64,000 nt of DNA from positions 96,288,001 through 96,352,000 of the forward strand of contig NC_045697.1 of assembly GCF_009834535.1 (NCBI RefSeq), given 5' to 3'. The position numbers and the translations under genes were made by a program. This document shows, piece after piece, positions 25,440 through 39,000 of the stretch. Numbering within the stretch: the first letter of the stretch is position 1; each line of letters begins with the position of its first letter. Source of the DNA: Camelus ferus (lineage: Eukaryota). Under the pieces are notes generated by a model that was given only the letters and a program-made list of their open reading frames with translations, was not told where the DNA came from and made no database searches.

Positions 25440-25770
25440 TGCCTAGATCCTCTTTCAAGTACAAAGGACTTACTATCCAGGTACTGAAGAGAATCATCTG
25501 TCCTTCTTGGGACAGTCCAAATTCATGACTGATAGATAGGTGAACATGGTTATAAAGACTTTGCCTCCTGTCTCAATATTGAATAAATGTGAAGGGACAT
25601 TTCAGCCTTTCCTGACACAGCATCACATAGCAACATTTTTTTCTTTCATCAGTCTTGTTTCCTCCTCTTCCTATCCATAGATGTTTAACCAAAGAGCATT
25701 CTCTAACATGCATTCTAAATCCTAATATCTCAGAATTTACTACCAGGCAAACCCAACTTGAATTACTCCC
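25440..25770 (+). mobile_element. LTR16-like ERVL LTR
   Basis: GGGACAGTCCAAATTCATGACTGA...ATAAAGACTTTGCCTCC...GAGCATTCTCTAAC...TCTCAGAAT...GGCAAACCCAACTTGAA resembles LTR16 as recalled. Confidence 0.65.
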
Positions 25771-27294
25771 AAAGACTCAAAAAGCAGTGTTTTTAACTCC
25801 TTTATTCTGTGGTTAACCCTGGTACCTAGAGAACTGGTTATAAATAAGTCTTCTTACATCTGCTCCAGTGAAGTCTAGAGGCTCTTACATCAGTGGTGTC
25901 AATAGGTTATGTAGGTAGACTAAACTCCACAATGCATGTGAGATGAAATAGGGCAGAATAATGTCCCCCTTATATACCATAAGGGCAGAGATTTTATATA
26001 AATTTTAACTCTTTATAATGTATGACAATGAATTTTCCGTGAAATACTAAATTAAAACACCTCTTCCCAATAGAATTTCCATATGTAAAAACATAGTACA
26101 AGGAATATTCTTTTTTATAATAGGACCTCAACTATAAATATTCGTGTTCTTATATGACTACAGTTAAATTAATTGGAAACAGAAATTTGGTAGCCAACTT
26201 AATAAAGAGCGGTAAAGCACAGGTAAACATAGATACTGAGGTTTATGTAACAAAGTTTTAAGGGAGGGAGATGTCATTTGTAAAATAATTATAATAGTAC
26301 CTACTACAAAGGTATTCTGAGAAATAAATAGGCATATATTGTCAAAATTCTTAGGTGAATTCTAGCCTAGATTGAACTTTTGGGTATTGTTATACTTAAA
26401 AAATATTTATTCCTATAGAAAATTATTCTTATCTTCCCAATGATTTCTACAGAAGAGTTGATGAGGGATCGTCAGCAAGATGGAACAGTGTTCTCCTAGG
26501 AAATATTTATGCATCTAGTTAAAAACCCAGAACCTATTCTCCTGCCTTTCCTACTTCTGACAGAGAGTTCCCATTATGGTTGAAAATTCTTTTAAATTAG
26601 TCAAGATCCCTTTGAGGATGATAGGGAGTGGTTCAGATATTTAAAATGCTTAATACATTTTCCCTATTAGGCAAGCTACAAAAATGTTCCCTTAATAGGA
26701 CTAGATCCCAGTAGACAATCCATAAAAAGACTATAACATTCTCTACATCGTCTCTTCCACAATGGAGTTTTCAGTTTCAATGACATGTGGCTGGGTTCAG
26801 TGAGTTGAATAGTTTGAATCAGTAGGTTTCAAAGATTCTGTTATTCTAAACCTAGAGACTATGAATAAATAAATTCAAGCTAGGTAGGTATTAGTTACTA
26901 TGGATGTACATGGTTTAAATTGTACACTTTTGTGAGCCATATTTGCTACTATGTGCTTTAGACACAAATATCAAGTTTGTTTGCTTTTAGCTATGGTGCA
27001 TTAATATCATTATACCAGAAGAACTACTCCCTAATTGATCCTAATATTTGTTTCTTCTCCTACATCCAGATTGATCATATAGCATGTATGGATCTATGGG
27101 TTGCTATTTCTAAGACATTACTATCTGCTCTATAAGCTGTTTGTGGGGGAATGTATCTGAATCAATGCTCTAATAATAAAATATGATTTCTGTCACTCTT
27201 GTAGTGATAAGGATAAAATTAACTCACTTTAGCCATAAAATAGCCATAAAGTTATATTCCATATAACACATGCTTTTTTTTTTTTTTTAATGTC

Positions 27295-27713
27295 ACCTCT
27301 TCACTCTACATCAAGTGTTGAAATCCAATTCCTTCCTTTTGGCAGGCCTTGTGACTTCTTTGACCAGTAAGGTATGGTAGAAGTGATGGTATGAGACTGC
27401 CAAGGCTAGATCACTGCTTCTATCATCTGGTTCTCCAAGGATTTTTGCTATGGGGAAGGTAGCTGCCCTTATAAAGTCTGACTTTTCTGAGAACAACATG
27501 CTGACTGTGCTACATATAGCAGTCAGTAGCCATCATCAACTTCCAGCCCTGAGAAAGACTGAGCCAAGTTTAATATCCAGTTCTTCTTGAGCCTGTGGGT
27601 GATTTGAGACCTTTCCAAATCTGTGCCCCACAAAATCATGAGCAATACAAAATGATTATTTGAAGCACTTAGTTTTGGGGGCAATTATTTATGCGCCACT
27701 AGTAACCAGAGTA
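27295..27713 (+). mobile_element. MaLR LTR (MLT1F/H-like)
   Basis: GGCCTTGTGACTTCTTTGACCAGTAAGGTATGGTAGAAGTGATG...CCCACAAAATCATGAGC...AAGCACTTAGTTTTGGGG...TAGTAACCAGAG. Confidence 0.8.
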
Positions 27714-28849
27714 GTCTCCCATCAAATAGCCTTCTACTAGTGAATTATATGGTTTATTTCTCTTGGAAGTTTCCTGAGTATAACATGTCTAAGATACTAT
27801 TACCACTTTGCGAAGTCTGCTATATGTGAATTTAACAAATTACTCTTAAGTTGTCAGATCACTAATATTTTTAAAGTACACATACGGGCTCGACACCACC
27901 ATTCCTGTGCAAATGAATGAGCCAGGGTCTCCGAGCCACACCTGGCACTGTAAGCTGTGACCAGAAGCTTGGTGGTGAAAGGTTTTAGAATTGGCCATGA
28001 GTAATAATGCAGAGAGGCTTGGCACTACTGGACTAGTCATTGACAGACTACCTGCAGTGTGCTCTAAGACCCAAAATATATTTAGTTCCCTAAATTTTGT
28101 AGGATAGAGCAAGTGAGGGAAGGCAGGAATCCAGACTTAGCTCAGCCTCTGCTATCAAGACACTGTCCCATCTAATTTACTGAGGTGCCACAAAACTGAC
28201 ACTTGTCAAGTAACAATTTCAACCTTGGTTCCTTAGGGCGCTGTGGAATCCTAAGAAATCACCTGTCATATTTTTCAGTACCTCCCCTCAACAAAGTTTG
28301 ACTGCCTAAATAAACCAGAATTTCCAAATAGTTCATAGTCTTAGTTACTGTCTTCTTTAGCTGAGGGAGATACTTTATAATGTAGTACTGTAGTACTTTT
28401 TCAGGAATACTTTTGCACTGTAATATGGAATACAATAATTCTAGATTTTATCTTAGTGCCATTAACTAATCTGTAATAAATTTTGTTAAAGAATTTATTT
28501 CAAACAGGACAAGTTTCATAGAATTTTCATTTAAATATATGATCTGGAAACTTCTCTCAGTGAACTTTTCCTTTTAAAGAACCCAACCGTAGAACTAGAA
28601 CTTATTACTCGATTGCATGGATTTCCTTCTAACACTATTTTATTTGATTCAGAATAAAAGCAAAATCCTTAAAATAGTTTGATGAATAGTGTGGCTTGTA
28701 GCTGTTTCTCAGACTCCATCATTAAAAAAAAATCCCCCTTTGAAAGAATATATATGAAATAATTATTATTGCTTCATCTTTAGCTTGAGTCAAGAATTTT
28801 AAAAAGTGAATTCCATCAGTACAAAAAAACAACTGTATAATTGTATAAT

Positions 28850-29215
28850 CATGCTCCATGTAATGTTTTAAAATATAGAAATAAATGAATTAAAATCATT
28901 ACAATGAATTAGAGCTATAACTCTGAGGATATTCATAATATATTATGTATGTGGAAAGCATAATGCAGGAGAGTATAGAAGATTGGTTCCATTATTATAA
29001 ATCAAAAAAAAGTTCCATTTACATAAAGTACTATTTATGAGTACACACACACACTTAAATTTATGCATAAATGAATAGTCAAAATATGTTAATAGTGATA
29101 GTAGTTGGTAATTCTCAAGAGTAGGAAATTTCAATGGAAATTTTTCTGCATTTTCTGGTTGTATTTGAGTTTTCTAGAATAAACATTATTTATGTAATCA
29201 TAAAATAATAATATT
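28850..29215 (+). mobile_element. Old L1 (L1ME-like) 3' fragment
   Basis: Degraded 3' UTR-like text ending TGAGTTTTCTAGAATAAACATTATTTATGTAATCATAAAA. Confidence 0.5.
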
Positions 29216-29229
29216 ATTTAAATCATTGG

Positions 29230-31420
29230 GACACTTGCTTATCAAGAAAATAGAGTAACAGGTACAGATTTACTTTTCTGCCTGAAAAAAAAAACCCACA
29301 GCTCTCAAAAAAAAGCAAAATTCATTAAAGAATGCTTCTCAACACACTGGACATCAAGTAATGGAAGACAGTGGTTTCTTAGAGATGGGAAAAACACAAG
29401 GTGAGATCTACAATTGCTCCAGGTTCCCAATTTGACAGTTCCCAGGAAGCAGTGCAGAATGGGGGCCTTAGCAGAGTCCAGCTGACTCTCTTGGTTGTGG
29501 AGATGAAGCTTAAAGTCTGGCGAGACCAAGATAGTGAAGGTTTTCAGGGGAGAGTTCTAGAGAGGAGAGAACTGCAAAGAGAGAATCTGAGATTTAAAGA
29601 TGGTCCTCTGAATTTTCAATGCAGTACTGCTCAGCCTATACCTGTGAAGAAACTACCGGAGTCTGGGGAAATAACCACACAAGAGGATTAGACATAACAG
29701 TAACCGTTGCTCACAGATATTCAAGAACATCGTCTGTCCTCACAAGCAAGATTGGAAAGTGTACTCCTATGGAATGAATGTGTTTCCCCGAAATTCATAC
29801 ACTGAAATCCTAACTCCCAATGTAATGGTATTTGGAAATGGGGACTTTGGGAATTAATTATGGTTAGATGAGTCCACGAAGATAGGACTCCAGTCTGATT
29901 AAATTAGTGCCTTCATAAGAAGAGACACCAGAGAGCTTGCCCTCTTTCTCACTTCTGCCACAACAAGAAGGTGACCATCTGCGAGCTAGAAAGAGGGCCC
30001 TTCACGAGTGTCTGATCATACTAGCACCTTGATCATGGCCTTCCAGCCTCCAGTACTGTGACAAAATAAATTTCTGCTGTTTGAGCACCCAGTCTGTGGT
30101 ATTTTGTTATGGCAACATGAGCAAACTAAAGTATTTCCTAATGACTGAAGTATTAGTTAGGGTACTCAGAAAGACCTTTCCTCAGAAGTCAGAAGTCAGA
30201 AATAATTAGCCCTAGAATGAGTAAGGCTATTGTTCTATGTAAAAAAAAATCTTAAAAAACAAGATACGAAAGACCAAACAAAACTAATTAATTTAATTTC
30301 ATACCAGAAGAAAGTTATAAAATACCTATATGAATACAAAACAAACAAACAAACAAACAAACAAACAACAACACTCTAGCAGCCCACAAGGGAAAATTTA
30401 CAATGTCTGGAACCACATCAATAATTATCAAGCTTGCAGAAAAGCAAAGATATACAGCCCATAATAAAGAGAAAAATCAATCAATCAAAACCAAGTCTAA
30501 TATTTATCAAGATAGACCATATTCTGGAACATAAAAATGTCTCAAAAATTTTAAAGGATTTAAGTCATACAAAATATGTTCTCATTTACAATGAAATTAA
30601 ATTAGAAGTAATTAATAGAAATGTTAACTATCTGAAAACTAGCACACTTATAAATAATCTGTGGAGCAAAGAAAAATTCAAATGAGAACTGAATGTTCAA
30701 TAAATATAAATTTGTGTGATGCCACTTATGCCGTGTTTAGTGGAAAATTTCTAACCCTATACATTAGTTTTTAAATAGAGAAAAAGTCTCAATTCAAGAA
30801 ATCAGAAAAAGAAGAGCAAATTAAACACAAAGTAGTCAAAAAAAAAAGGAACTAATAAAGTCCAAAGCAGAAAGCAATGCAAAACAAAGCAGAAAATAAT
30901 GAAAATCAATGAAACCAAAGCTAATTATTTGAAAAAAAATAGTATTGAGAAATCTTTAGCAAGACTTATGAGAAAAAGTACTCAAATAACCCATATTTAA
31001 GAATGAGAGAGATGACAACACCATAGGTTGTGTAGACAATGAAAACATAGTAAACAAATATTAGGAACAATTTTATGTCAATAAATTTAAAGATGTAAAT
31101 AAAATCTGCAGATTCCTTGAAAGACAGAAACTTCTAAATTTTACTCAAGAAAAAAAGATAACCTGAATAAATACGAAAAATATTTGAAGTAGGTAAAAAC
31201 TTCCCCATAAAGAAATCTCCAGGGACAGTTGGCTTCATTGGTGAAGTCTAACACAATTTTAAAGAATAAATATTACCAATTCTATAAAAATAATTAGAAA
31301 TTCAGAGAGGATGAAATACTTTCCAATTTAAGAAACCAGCATTACCACAATGCCCAAAGCAAGCAAAGGCATTACCAGGAAAGAAAACAAGAGGCATATA
31401 TTCCTTATGATTGCTGAGAA
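29230..31420 (+). mobile_element. Old L1 (L1MC/MD-like): 5' region joined to an ORF2 fragment, interrupted by an MLT1A LTR
   Basis: 5' region (CAACACACTGGACATCAAG...AAAATTTACAATGTCTGG), then from ~30495 ORF2 EN-end/linker (ATAGACCATATTCTGG, GAAATTAAATTAGAA, AAAATCAATGAAACCAAAGC, GGCTTCATTGGTGAA). Confidence 0.85.
29765..30133 (+). mobile_element. MLT1A-like MaLR solo LTR nested in L1
   Basis: CTATGGAATGAATGTGTTTCCCC...AAATCCTAACTCCCAATGT...ATAAGAAGAGACACCAGAGAGC...CCAGCCTCCAG...AATAAATTTCTGCTGTTT...GGTATTTTGTTATGGCA...AACTAA. Confidence 0.92.
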
Positions 31421-31612
31421 AAAAAATGTTAGTTATATCATTTTTATATAATAATTATATGGTATAATATAATTTATGATAATGATTTGAAATATTAATA
31501 AGATTGTTCTCAAGCATTCATAGCATTTTGCATTAATGTAGACATCTGAACCACAATATATTATGTAGATTTCAGGCAAAGAGGTGGGATAAAGAATAGG
31601 AAAGATATGATG

Positions 31613-32052
31613 TGTGATGGTTAATTTTATGTGTCAGTTTGGCTAGGCTATGGTACCCATTGCTTGGTCAAACTCTAGATGTTGTTATGAAGTTATTTTG
31701 AAGTATGATTAACATTTACAATCAGTAGATTATAAGTAAAGCAGATTACTCTTCATAATGTGGATGAGCCCCTTCCAATGAGTTGAAGGTCTTAAGAGTA
31801 ACATTAACACTTACCTGGTTTTCTAGCTGGTGAACTTGCTCTACAGAATTTATGTATTTATTTATTTATTTTTAAATTTTGGGGGGGGAGGTAACTAGGT
31901 TTGTTTGTTTGTTTCTTTGTTTATATTATGGGAGGTACTGGAGATTGAACCTAGGCTCTCATGAGTGCTAAACTATACCCTCCCCTCCAGATTTTAGACT
32001 TGATAATTCCCACAGTTGTGTGAGACATTACCTTAAAATAAAACTCTCTGTA

Positions 32053-32086
<34 letters not shown>

Positions 32087-32141
32087 CATTCATCCACCTA
32101 CCTATTGCATTTCTTTTGCTCTGGAAAATCCTGACTATACA
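31613..32141 (+). mobile_element. MLT2-like ERVL LTR containing a SINE and a (TCTG)(TCTA)(TCCA) microsatellite
   Basis: Starts TGTGATGGTTAATTTTATGTGTCA, contains GTAAAGCAGATTAC and ends CTGGAAAATCCTGACTATACA. Confidence 0.92.
31852..31985 (-). mobile_element. Camelid tRNA-Ala-derived SINE (Vic-1-like) with box A region deleted
   Basis: Minus strand GGGGAGGGTATAG...CTAGGTTCAATCTCCAGTACCTCC, then (AAAC)n, CCTAGTTACCTCCCCCCCC and an (AAAT)n tail. It splits the MLT2 LTR at CAGAATTT/CAGATTTT. Confidence 0.88.
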
Positions 32142-35100
32142 CTCTTTCTTTCTTTGTGATCTGTGCATTTAAAATAAATTAGATTCTTAAATATCTTTCA
32201 TCCTAGATATAATAATACTTCATTAAAATAATCACTGGTATACATTAGGAAGGACAAAGATAAATTATTCTTACAGCTGGAGACAAAGAGAAGAGATGAT
32301 TAAAACAATTACCATGTCACATCCCGTGGCAGTAGATTATGTATACCAGCACCTCAACAGAGTTTGCAGTTTATCAAGGCCAGCTACCATTCAGAAATGA
32401 GTGTTTTGCCACTCCATTACTACAGAAGACATTGCAAATCTGTTCACCTGGAATATATGTGAGTCTAGGACTGAAGACCTCAAGCAATTGTAATCAGAGA
32501 TTGAGACCATTACTACACCAAGAACTGGGGAAAAGCAGAGTAGACACACAGCTACATCTCAAAATATCCAGCTTAAATCAAAGAAATGATTATTAGGAAT
32601 GACAATATCAGGAAGGTGGGAGAGGAAAAAAAGAAAAAGTAACAGTTTTTTATGGGGCCAGGAAATATTTTCCACAAAACTAAAATCATATCATGTATCA
32701 CAGCATACACACAAACCTGATTTTGTTGAAAAATATAGTAAATCAATAATAAAATTAAGATTGTTGAGCTTTTAAAGAAGAATTTAGAGCATATTGTACA
32801 CTATTTTATGAAAATAATAAAAACAATTTTTATTCTCATAAAATATTCTACAATATACTCTAAATTCAACAGAATATACTTCTGTACATTTTTAATCCAT
32901 GTTCTTAGGGGATGTGTAGTAATCATAAAGAAGATGTTGAAATGTTTGTCAAGTAATCAAAAACTTGCAGTAATTTTAAGGTATTGGATAGTGCTATGGT
33001 AATGGTGAATAGTTATCACTGTTAATATGCTGTTATATAAATAGATGCTATAAATAAGCAAACATATTGAATATCTTGACATTGGCCTTAATAAAGTGTG
33101 TTGGGCTTGTATATATGTTATAAATTAATTAACTGCTATATCATATAATCTCTCTTAAACTTGTTCTGGTTTAAATATAAATGAATTAACTTATAAACCA
33201 GGAATTATATTTTCTGCTAGTAAAAAATAAATGATACACGTTGCCACTTATTCTAAAAAAAACAAAACAAGCCACTGCATTAGATTAATTTATTGCAATT
33301 ATAGAATTTATATTTTTCCTTAATCATAATATAGGAAATAATCATTTTGCTATCCTATTATACTACATTTATGTGGAAAAGATTGAGTCATTATTTGGTA
33401 TACTAGTTTCTCTGGACAAACTCCAATTCAAGTAAATTTCCAGCTGCTAGGGTAATGATTTTCTGCCATTTTGCTCAATAGGAGTATAGCTCCTACTAAT
33501 AAACAAATATTACCTACATACAGGTAAAGCACCTTGTTAAATGGAAAATACAGCAAGTTTGGATTAACATCATTTCTTTCCACATATACATTTTGTGTTT
33601 AAAAATGTATGTTACCTAATTATTCCTAACTAATAGCTCCTAATTGAAAACTTTTAGTTTAAGCTGAATAGTGCACATATTATATCTTTTGTCCTTGTGC
33701 AAAAATTTATGCTGTTGGGTTAAGTTTGAGTACCTGGTACCTGGTTCTGGTCCCATCATAAACCATGCATGTGGCCTTGGACAAGATATAATGTGCTTCT
33801 GTGAGGAGCTCATAAATAGTTTATATAAATAGAAGATGGAAAAAGGCAACTGAGTATGAAAGTACAAAGTATTATGATTGCTATTAAATTCTACCGTTGA
33901 GAAAATTTGATCACCTCTTCAATGAAGCATTTTCTGACTTCCTAAGGAAGAGCTAACTACTCTCCCTCTGTGCTTTATAAAAACATTTATTATGTATTGT
34001 AATTAAGCCACCTTATACACACATAACCCATCAGACTGTCCTCAAGGGTTGAGACTGTAAGGCCTAGTACACTGGAGAAGAATATGAGGAGGAGAGAAAA
34101 GGTGAGAAAAGAGAAAGGATATCCTTTCTTGGGAATCATTTTTTTATTTGCTATTGGCAGCTTCCAAAATCCAATGAAAAATATGAATAAATCATTAAAA
34201 GAACTGAATCATGGATTCTGGTCGCCACACAAAACTGACACTGACTTTGTCAGTGTTTTCCACCCATCAGTTACCTATTAACTGTTTCCTTTCTTGGAGA
34301 CACACACATATCTGACATCCGTCCACATCCATAGTTTATCTCATTCTATTTCTACGCTTTTTCCCATTTTGATATCTTGCAGTATTTTCCTATTTTGATA
34401 CCTTTTATAAAATTGTTTTTTTAGAAATACCATTTCTATTAAGCATGTACAAGTAACACATCACCAAATATAGTGGAAATATTAGCTCACAAAGCAAGAA
34501 AAAAATGAAGCCTTCTCTCCATATGTAGGTCTAACTTTGAATGGTTTTTATTTATATGTGGCCAATATTTGTATTGCTACTATTCCCGAATAGACCACGT
34601 CAACATTTATTGGTCAATAGATTGAAAAGAAAATTCTTAACTTATGAATTTAGGGTTGATATTATGGATCATTTGGTTGGTATCCAACATACATTCTTGC
34701 AGATTCCTTTCTCAAAGGCTCACTTTTCTCACACTTGAAACTCACTGATTCACCCAAAATATATTTTTTATTTAATCAGAAATTCTGTGTGTTGGTGCTG
34801 GGGATGGTGTTAAGACACAATTTTTAATGTAGATCCAAAAGTTAAGATCATTTTTAATTCTCTTCTCTAAATTCCAATGGCTTTCAAAGGATGTATATGT
34901 GAAAGGGAGTGGGATGGAGTGGGAAAAGCTTTTGAGACTCATTTTAATAGATTTGTTCCAAATGTTCCCTTTCTGAAATTAATAAACATAACTTTCCATA
35001 TGTGTATGTGAGTGTTCCAGAATCTCAGATAGGAATGGGTCAGGTGGCTCCCGAGATTATTTTGATAATCCATTTCATCTTAGTGCCCTTCGCCCACCAA

Positions 35101-35584
35101 ACATCAGTGCACCAGTTGGTAAATTTTATTTCATACAGAGTTTCATTCATTGCAAGTGAATGGGAGATACGTTAAGTGCAGGAGCTTGTGCTATTTCTAA
35201 ATCAGTCAGAAATTTATAGTATAAAACTAACTAGGTGCAGAATGGATACAAAAGTAGGGACCCTTGATCCTAAATCTGGAAGAGATAAAGACATAATTTG
35301 CATAATTTTCAACCCTCAGATATTTATTAATTCTTTAAATTGAGGCAGTACTGTAAAATACAAAGTTTGGCATTTAAGCTGGTCTTAGAACATTAGAGAT
35401 AGTAGATATTTAGAGGTTGTTCTATACCTTTAATCTATTTGAACAATATGGTATATTCTGCCTTCTAATTCACAAACAGATTTTATTTTTTAAAATTTTA
35501 CATGAAATTGATATTGTTATTAATTCTTTAAAAGGGTTGGATCATTCAATGGTTGTCTAAAAGTAGCAAATTTTACTGAAAAAA

Positions 35585-35795
35585 ATAAAGCGCTTGGAAT
35601 TAGACGGTTATGTTTGAGTTTTAGCTCTGTCATTTATTAATTCTGTGAAACAAGCAAAGCAATTTAAAACTCTCAGCATCAGTTTCCTCATGTGTATAAT
35701 AATAATAATGTAGCCTTATATAATTCAAAAGGGACAAATAAAAAACATTAGTACTAGCATTTTTAAAGTAAGTAAACACTGTACATATTTTAGTG
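35585..35795 (+). mobile_element. MIR SINE
   Basis: TTGGAATTAGAC...TTTGAGTTTTAGCTCTGTCATTTATTA...CATCAGTTTCCTCATGTGTA. Confidence 0.75.
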
Positions 35796-36009
35796 ACTAT
35801 CATTTGGTATGCTACAGAACTGAATGTGGTTGAAGAATTATATTCTCACTGGTGGTATAATCTCACTGGTCTGTTTGGGCTTCACACATCTAAGCCAGTT
35901 AATGTGCTGCTATATATCAGCTATATCCTCGATGTTTATTTTCTAAACTTCTGGCCTGTTAGGCAATAGTTTAATGCCATGAGTCAAAAGATAAAAAGAT
36001 CTAAGACAA

Positions 36010-39000
36010 CTTCCCTCCCACTTAGCACCCAGCTCTTAAAGTGGGGTTGTCGCTCAGAGGAGAAACCCTGCCACTAGCTCCAGAGCTGTAGCTCAGAGAG
36101 TTTTCCTGGGAAGAGAAGCAGGCCTTAAAACAGAAAGTTTTAAAACTTCCCAAAGGAAGTGATTTTATTTATGATAGAGTGTGGAGTAGTTCAAAAGGAA
36201 AGATTTTGGAGATTGTGGTTAAAGGCAATTGCGATGATATTGATAGATGCATTGATGATATAGGCAAAACTGTAAGCCAGCTAGTTTGCAGAAAGACCTA
36301 GGGAGAGAGACAGCTGGGGGAGACTTGCCAGGGTTAAGAACAAATCTCAAACACTGACTTCAGGAGCTATTTTTTTCAAAGAAGTTTGAGTTTGATTGAT
36401 TTGTAGAATTGTATCCCTAATTATTGTTGAAAGCAAAAAAGCAATCAGCCACCAATTTAAATTAAATTGTGGAATTTAACAATTGTTGGTGGTCAGGAAA
36501 AGAAATAGTAATGGTAAGGCCTGCAAAAACTACTGTCCTTCCAGGATGATTGTGGACATATCCAAGGCTACGAACCTTGAGGAGCAACATCAGAGGCTTA
36601 ATGCTCCAGGGATGGTGGGATAGATAGATCCCACCAAGAATTCAGGTAGTAACTAAAAAATAAACAAGCAAAAAAAGAATAACAAAGTCTCTCGTGGCAT
36701 TGCCAAGAGTGGCAACAATATATTATGTAAAATGTCCAACAAAAAATTCTGAAAAATGTATCAAACAGGAAAGTGAGACCCATACACAGTGGGAAAAGCA
36801 AGCAACAGACAATGTCTGTGACAGTGGCCAGATACCAGAGGTAACACATAAAGACTTTAAAGTGGCTATTATAAATATGTTCAAATAACTAAAGGAAACT
36901 ATGATTAAAGAGGTAAAAGAAGGTATGAGGTCAATGACTCAGTTATAAAAAATGTTAATAGAGAGATAAAAGTTATAAAATAGAAACAAATAAAAATTCT
37001 GAAATTAAAAGGTACAATAACTAAAATAGAAAAATTTACAAGAAATGTTCAACAGTAGGTTTGAACTGGTAAAAGAAAGACCTAGCAATCTTGAAGATTA
37101 ATAGAGATTGTATAATCTGAAGAACAGTGAGACAAAAGAATTTGAAAAATGAACAAAGCCTCGGAGAAATAGGGGCTAGCATTAAATGCAGAAACATACA
37201 TGAGAGTACCAAAAGGAGAGGAGAGAATGAAAGGAGAACAAAAAATCAAAGAAAGTGTTTTAAATTTAATGAAAAACATTAATCTGCACATCCAAGAAAC
37301 ACAATGACCTCCAGGTAGGATAAAGGCAAAGAGATACACGAGAGGCACATCACAGTAAAAATACTGAGAGCCAAAGATAGGGAAAAATCTTGTTAGCAGA
37401 AAAAAGAAACTACTATCATTACAAAGAAATCACAAAAATATTAATATCTAACCTTTCATCAGAAACAATAAAGGCCAGGGGGTAGTGGGAAAATATATTT
37501 GAAGTGGTAAAATATATTTAAAAAACTTGATAGTATCCAACCTAGTATCCAAATCCAGCATAGCTCTCTTTCAAAAATAAAGACTAAATAAAGCCTCAGA
37601 TAAACAAAAATTGAGTGAATTTGTTGCTAACACACTCAACTACAAGAAATACTAAAGAAATTTATTTAGACTGGTAGCAATTACTCCAGACAGCAATTTG
37701 AATCCACATAAAAAACTAACAACATCAGTAAAGGTAATTATGTAATTATAGAAGACAATTCAATACATGTTTCTTCTCCTTTCTTCTCCCAACTAATTTA
37801 AAAATCAATCACTTAAAACAACTTGTATATAATATACTTGGAGGCCTATAACATATAGATACAGAATATTTGCCAGTAACATCACAAAGGAGATGAATAG
37901 GAGCAAAGCTACATTAGTCTAAAAAATAATGACTGGAGATGGTGACCTGAATCCATAGAAACAAATGAAGGGAACCAGAAATGAAAAATAGGAAGGTTAA
38001 TATAACAAAAGCTATAAACATATACTTGCTGTCTTTGTTTCCTCATCTTCTTTAAATGTCATAAAATTATATAAGTAAAGTAATAATTATAACAATGTAT
38101 GATTCTGTTTGTAACAGTCATGTAATATACTATATATAAAATAATACCACACAAAGAGGAAAAGGAGATAGGGGTATAAAGGAGTTATGTTTCTAGATTT
38201 TATTGGAATTAAATTATTGTAAACTTGAAGTTTATGCTGAAAAGTTATGATACATATGCAAAGATCACTGCAGCAATCACTAAAAAAAATTAAAATATAA
38301 TATAAAAAGTCAAAATTCTGCATTAGAAAATATGCATTTAATGCAAAAGATTGCAGCAAAGGATGAATAAAATAAAAGACATGAACTATATAGAAAACAA
38401 AAATAAAATTGCAAATATTTTAACTCTAATCGTATGAATAACACTACACTCAAATGGATTTAATAACATAATCAAAAGGCAGAGATTATCAGACTGAATA
38501 AAATACATGAGCCAACCATATGCTGTTTACAGAACTGAAAGTATAAGTATGGAAATAGATGTATCATGCAAACAGCAAGCATAATAAAGCTGGAGTGGCT
38601 GTGCTAATATTGGAAAATTAGTCCTAAAATATTAATAGAGATAGAATAACATTTTATAATAGTGTCCCTCCATCTGAAATATATAACAATTAGAAACATA
38701 TATGCATCTAACAACAGAGTATCAAAATACAGAAATCAAAAACTAACAAATTAAGGGAGAAATAGAAAACTCAACAATAATAGTTGGAGCATTTAATACC
38801 CTCACTTTCAATAATGGATAGAACTGCTAGGCAGAAGTTCAACAAGGAGATCAAAGATTTGAACAACATTATAAGCCAACTAGACCTAACAGACATCAAC
38901 AAAACATTTTACCTGGTAACAGTACAATATATGTTTTTCTCAAATCCACATGTAACATTCACCAGGATAGGCAATATGTTATGACATAAATGGATCTCAA

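Noticed and set aside
32278..32596. Possible + strand exon or 85-aa ORF
   Set aside because: An acceptor-like TTCTTACAG and a donor-like GTGAGT exist, but the frame I could read from the acceptor closes early and neither peptide is recognisable.
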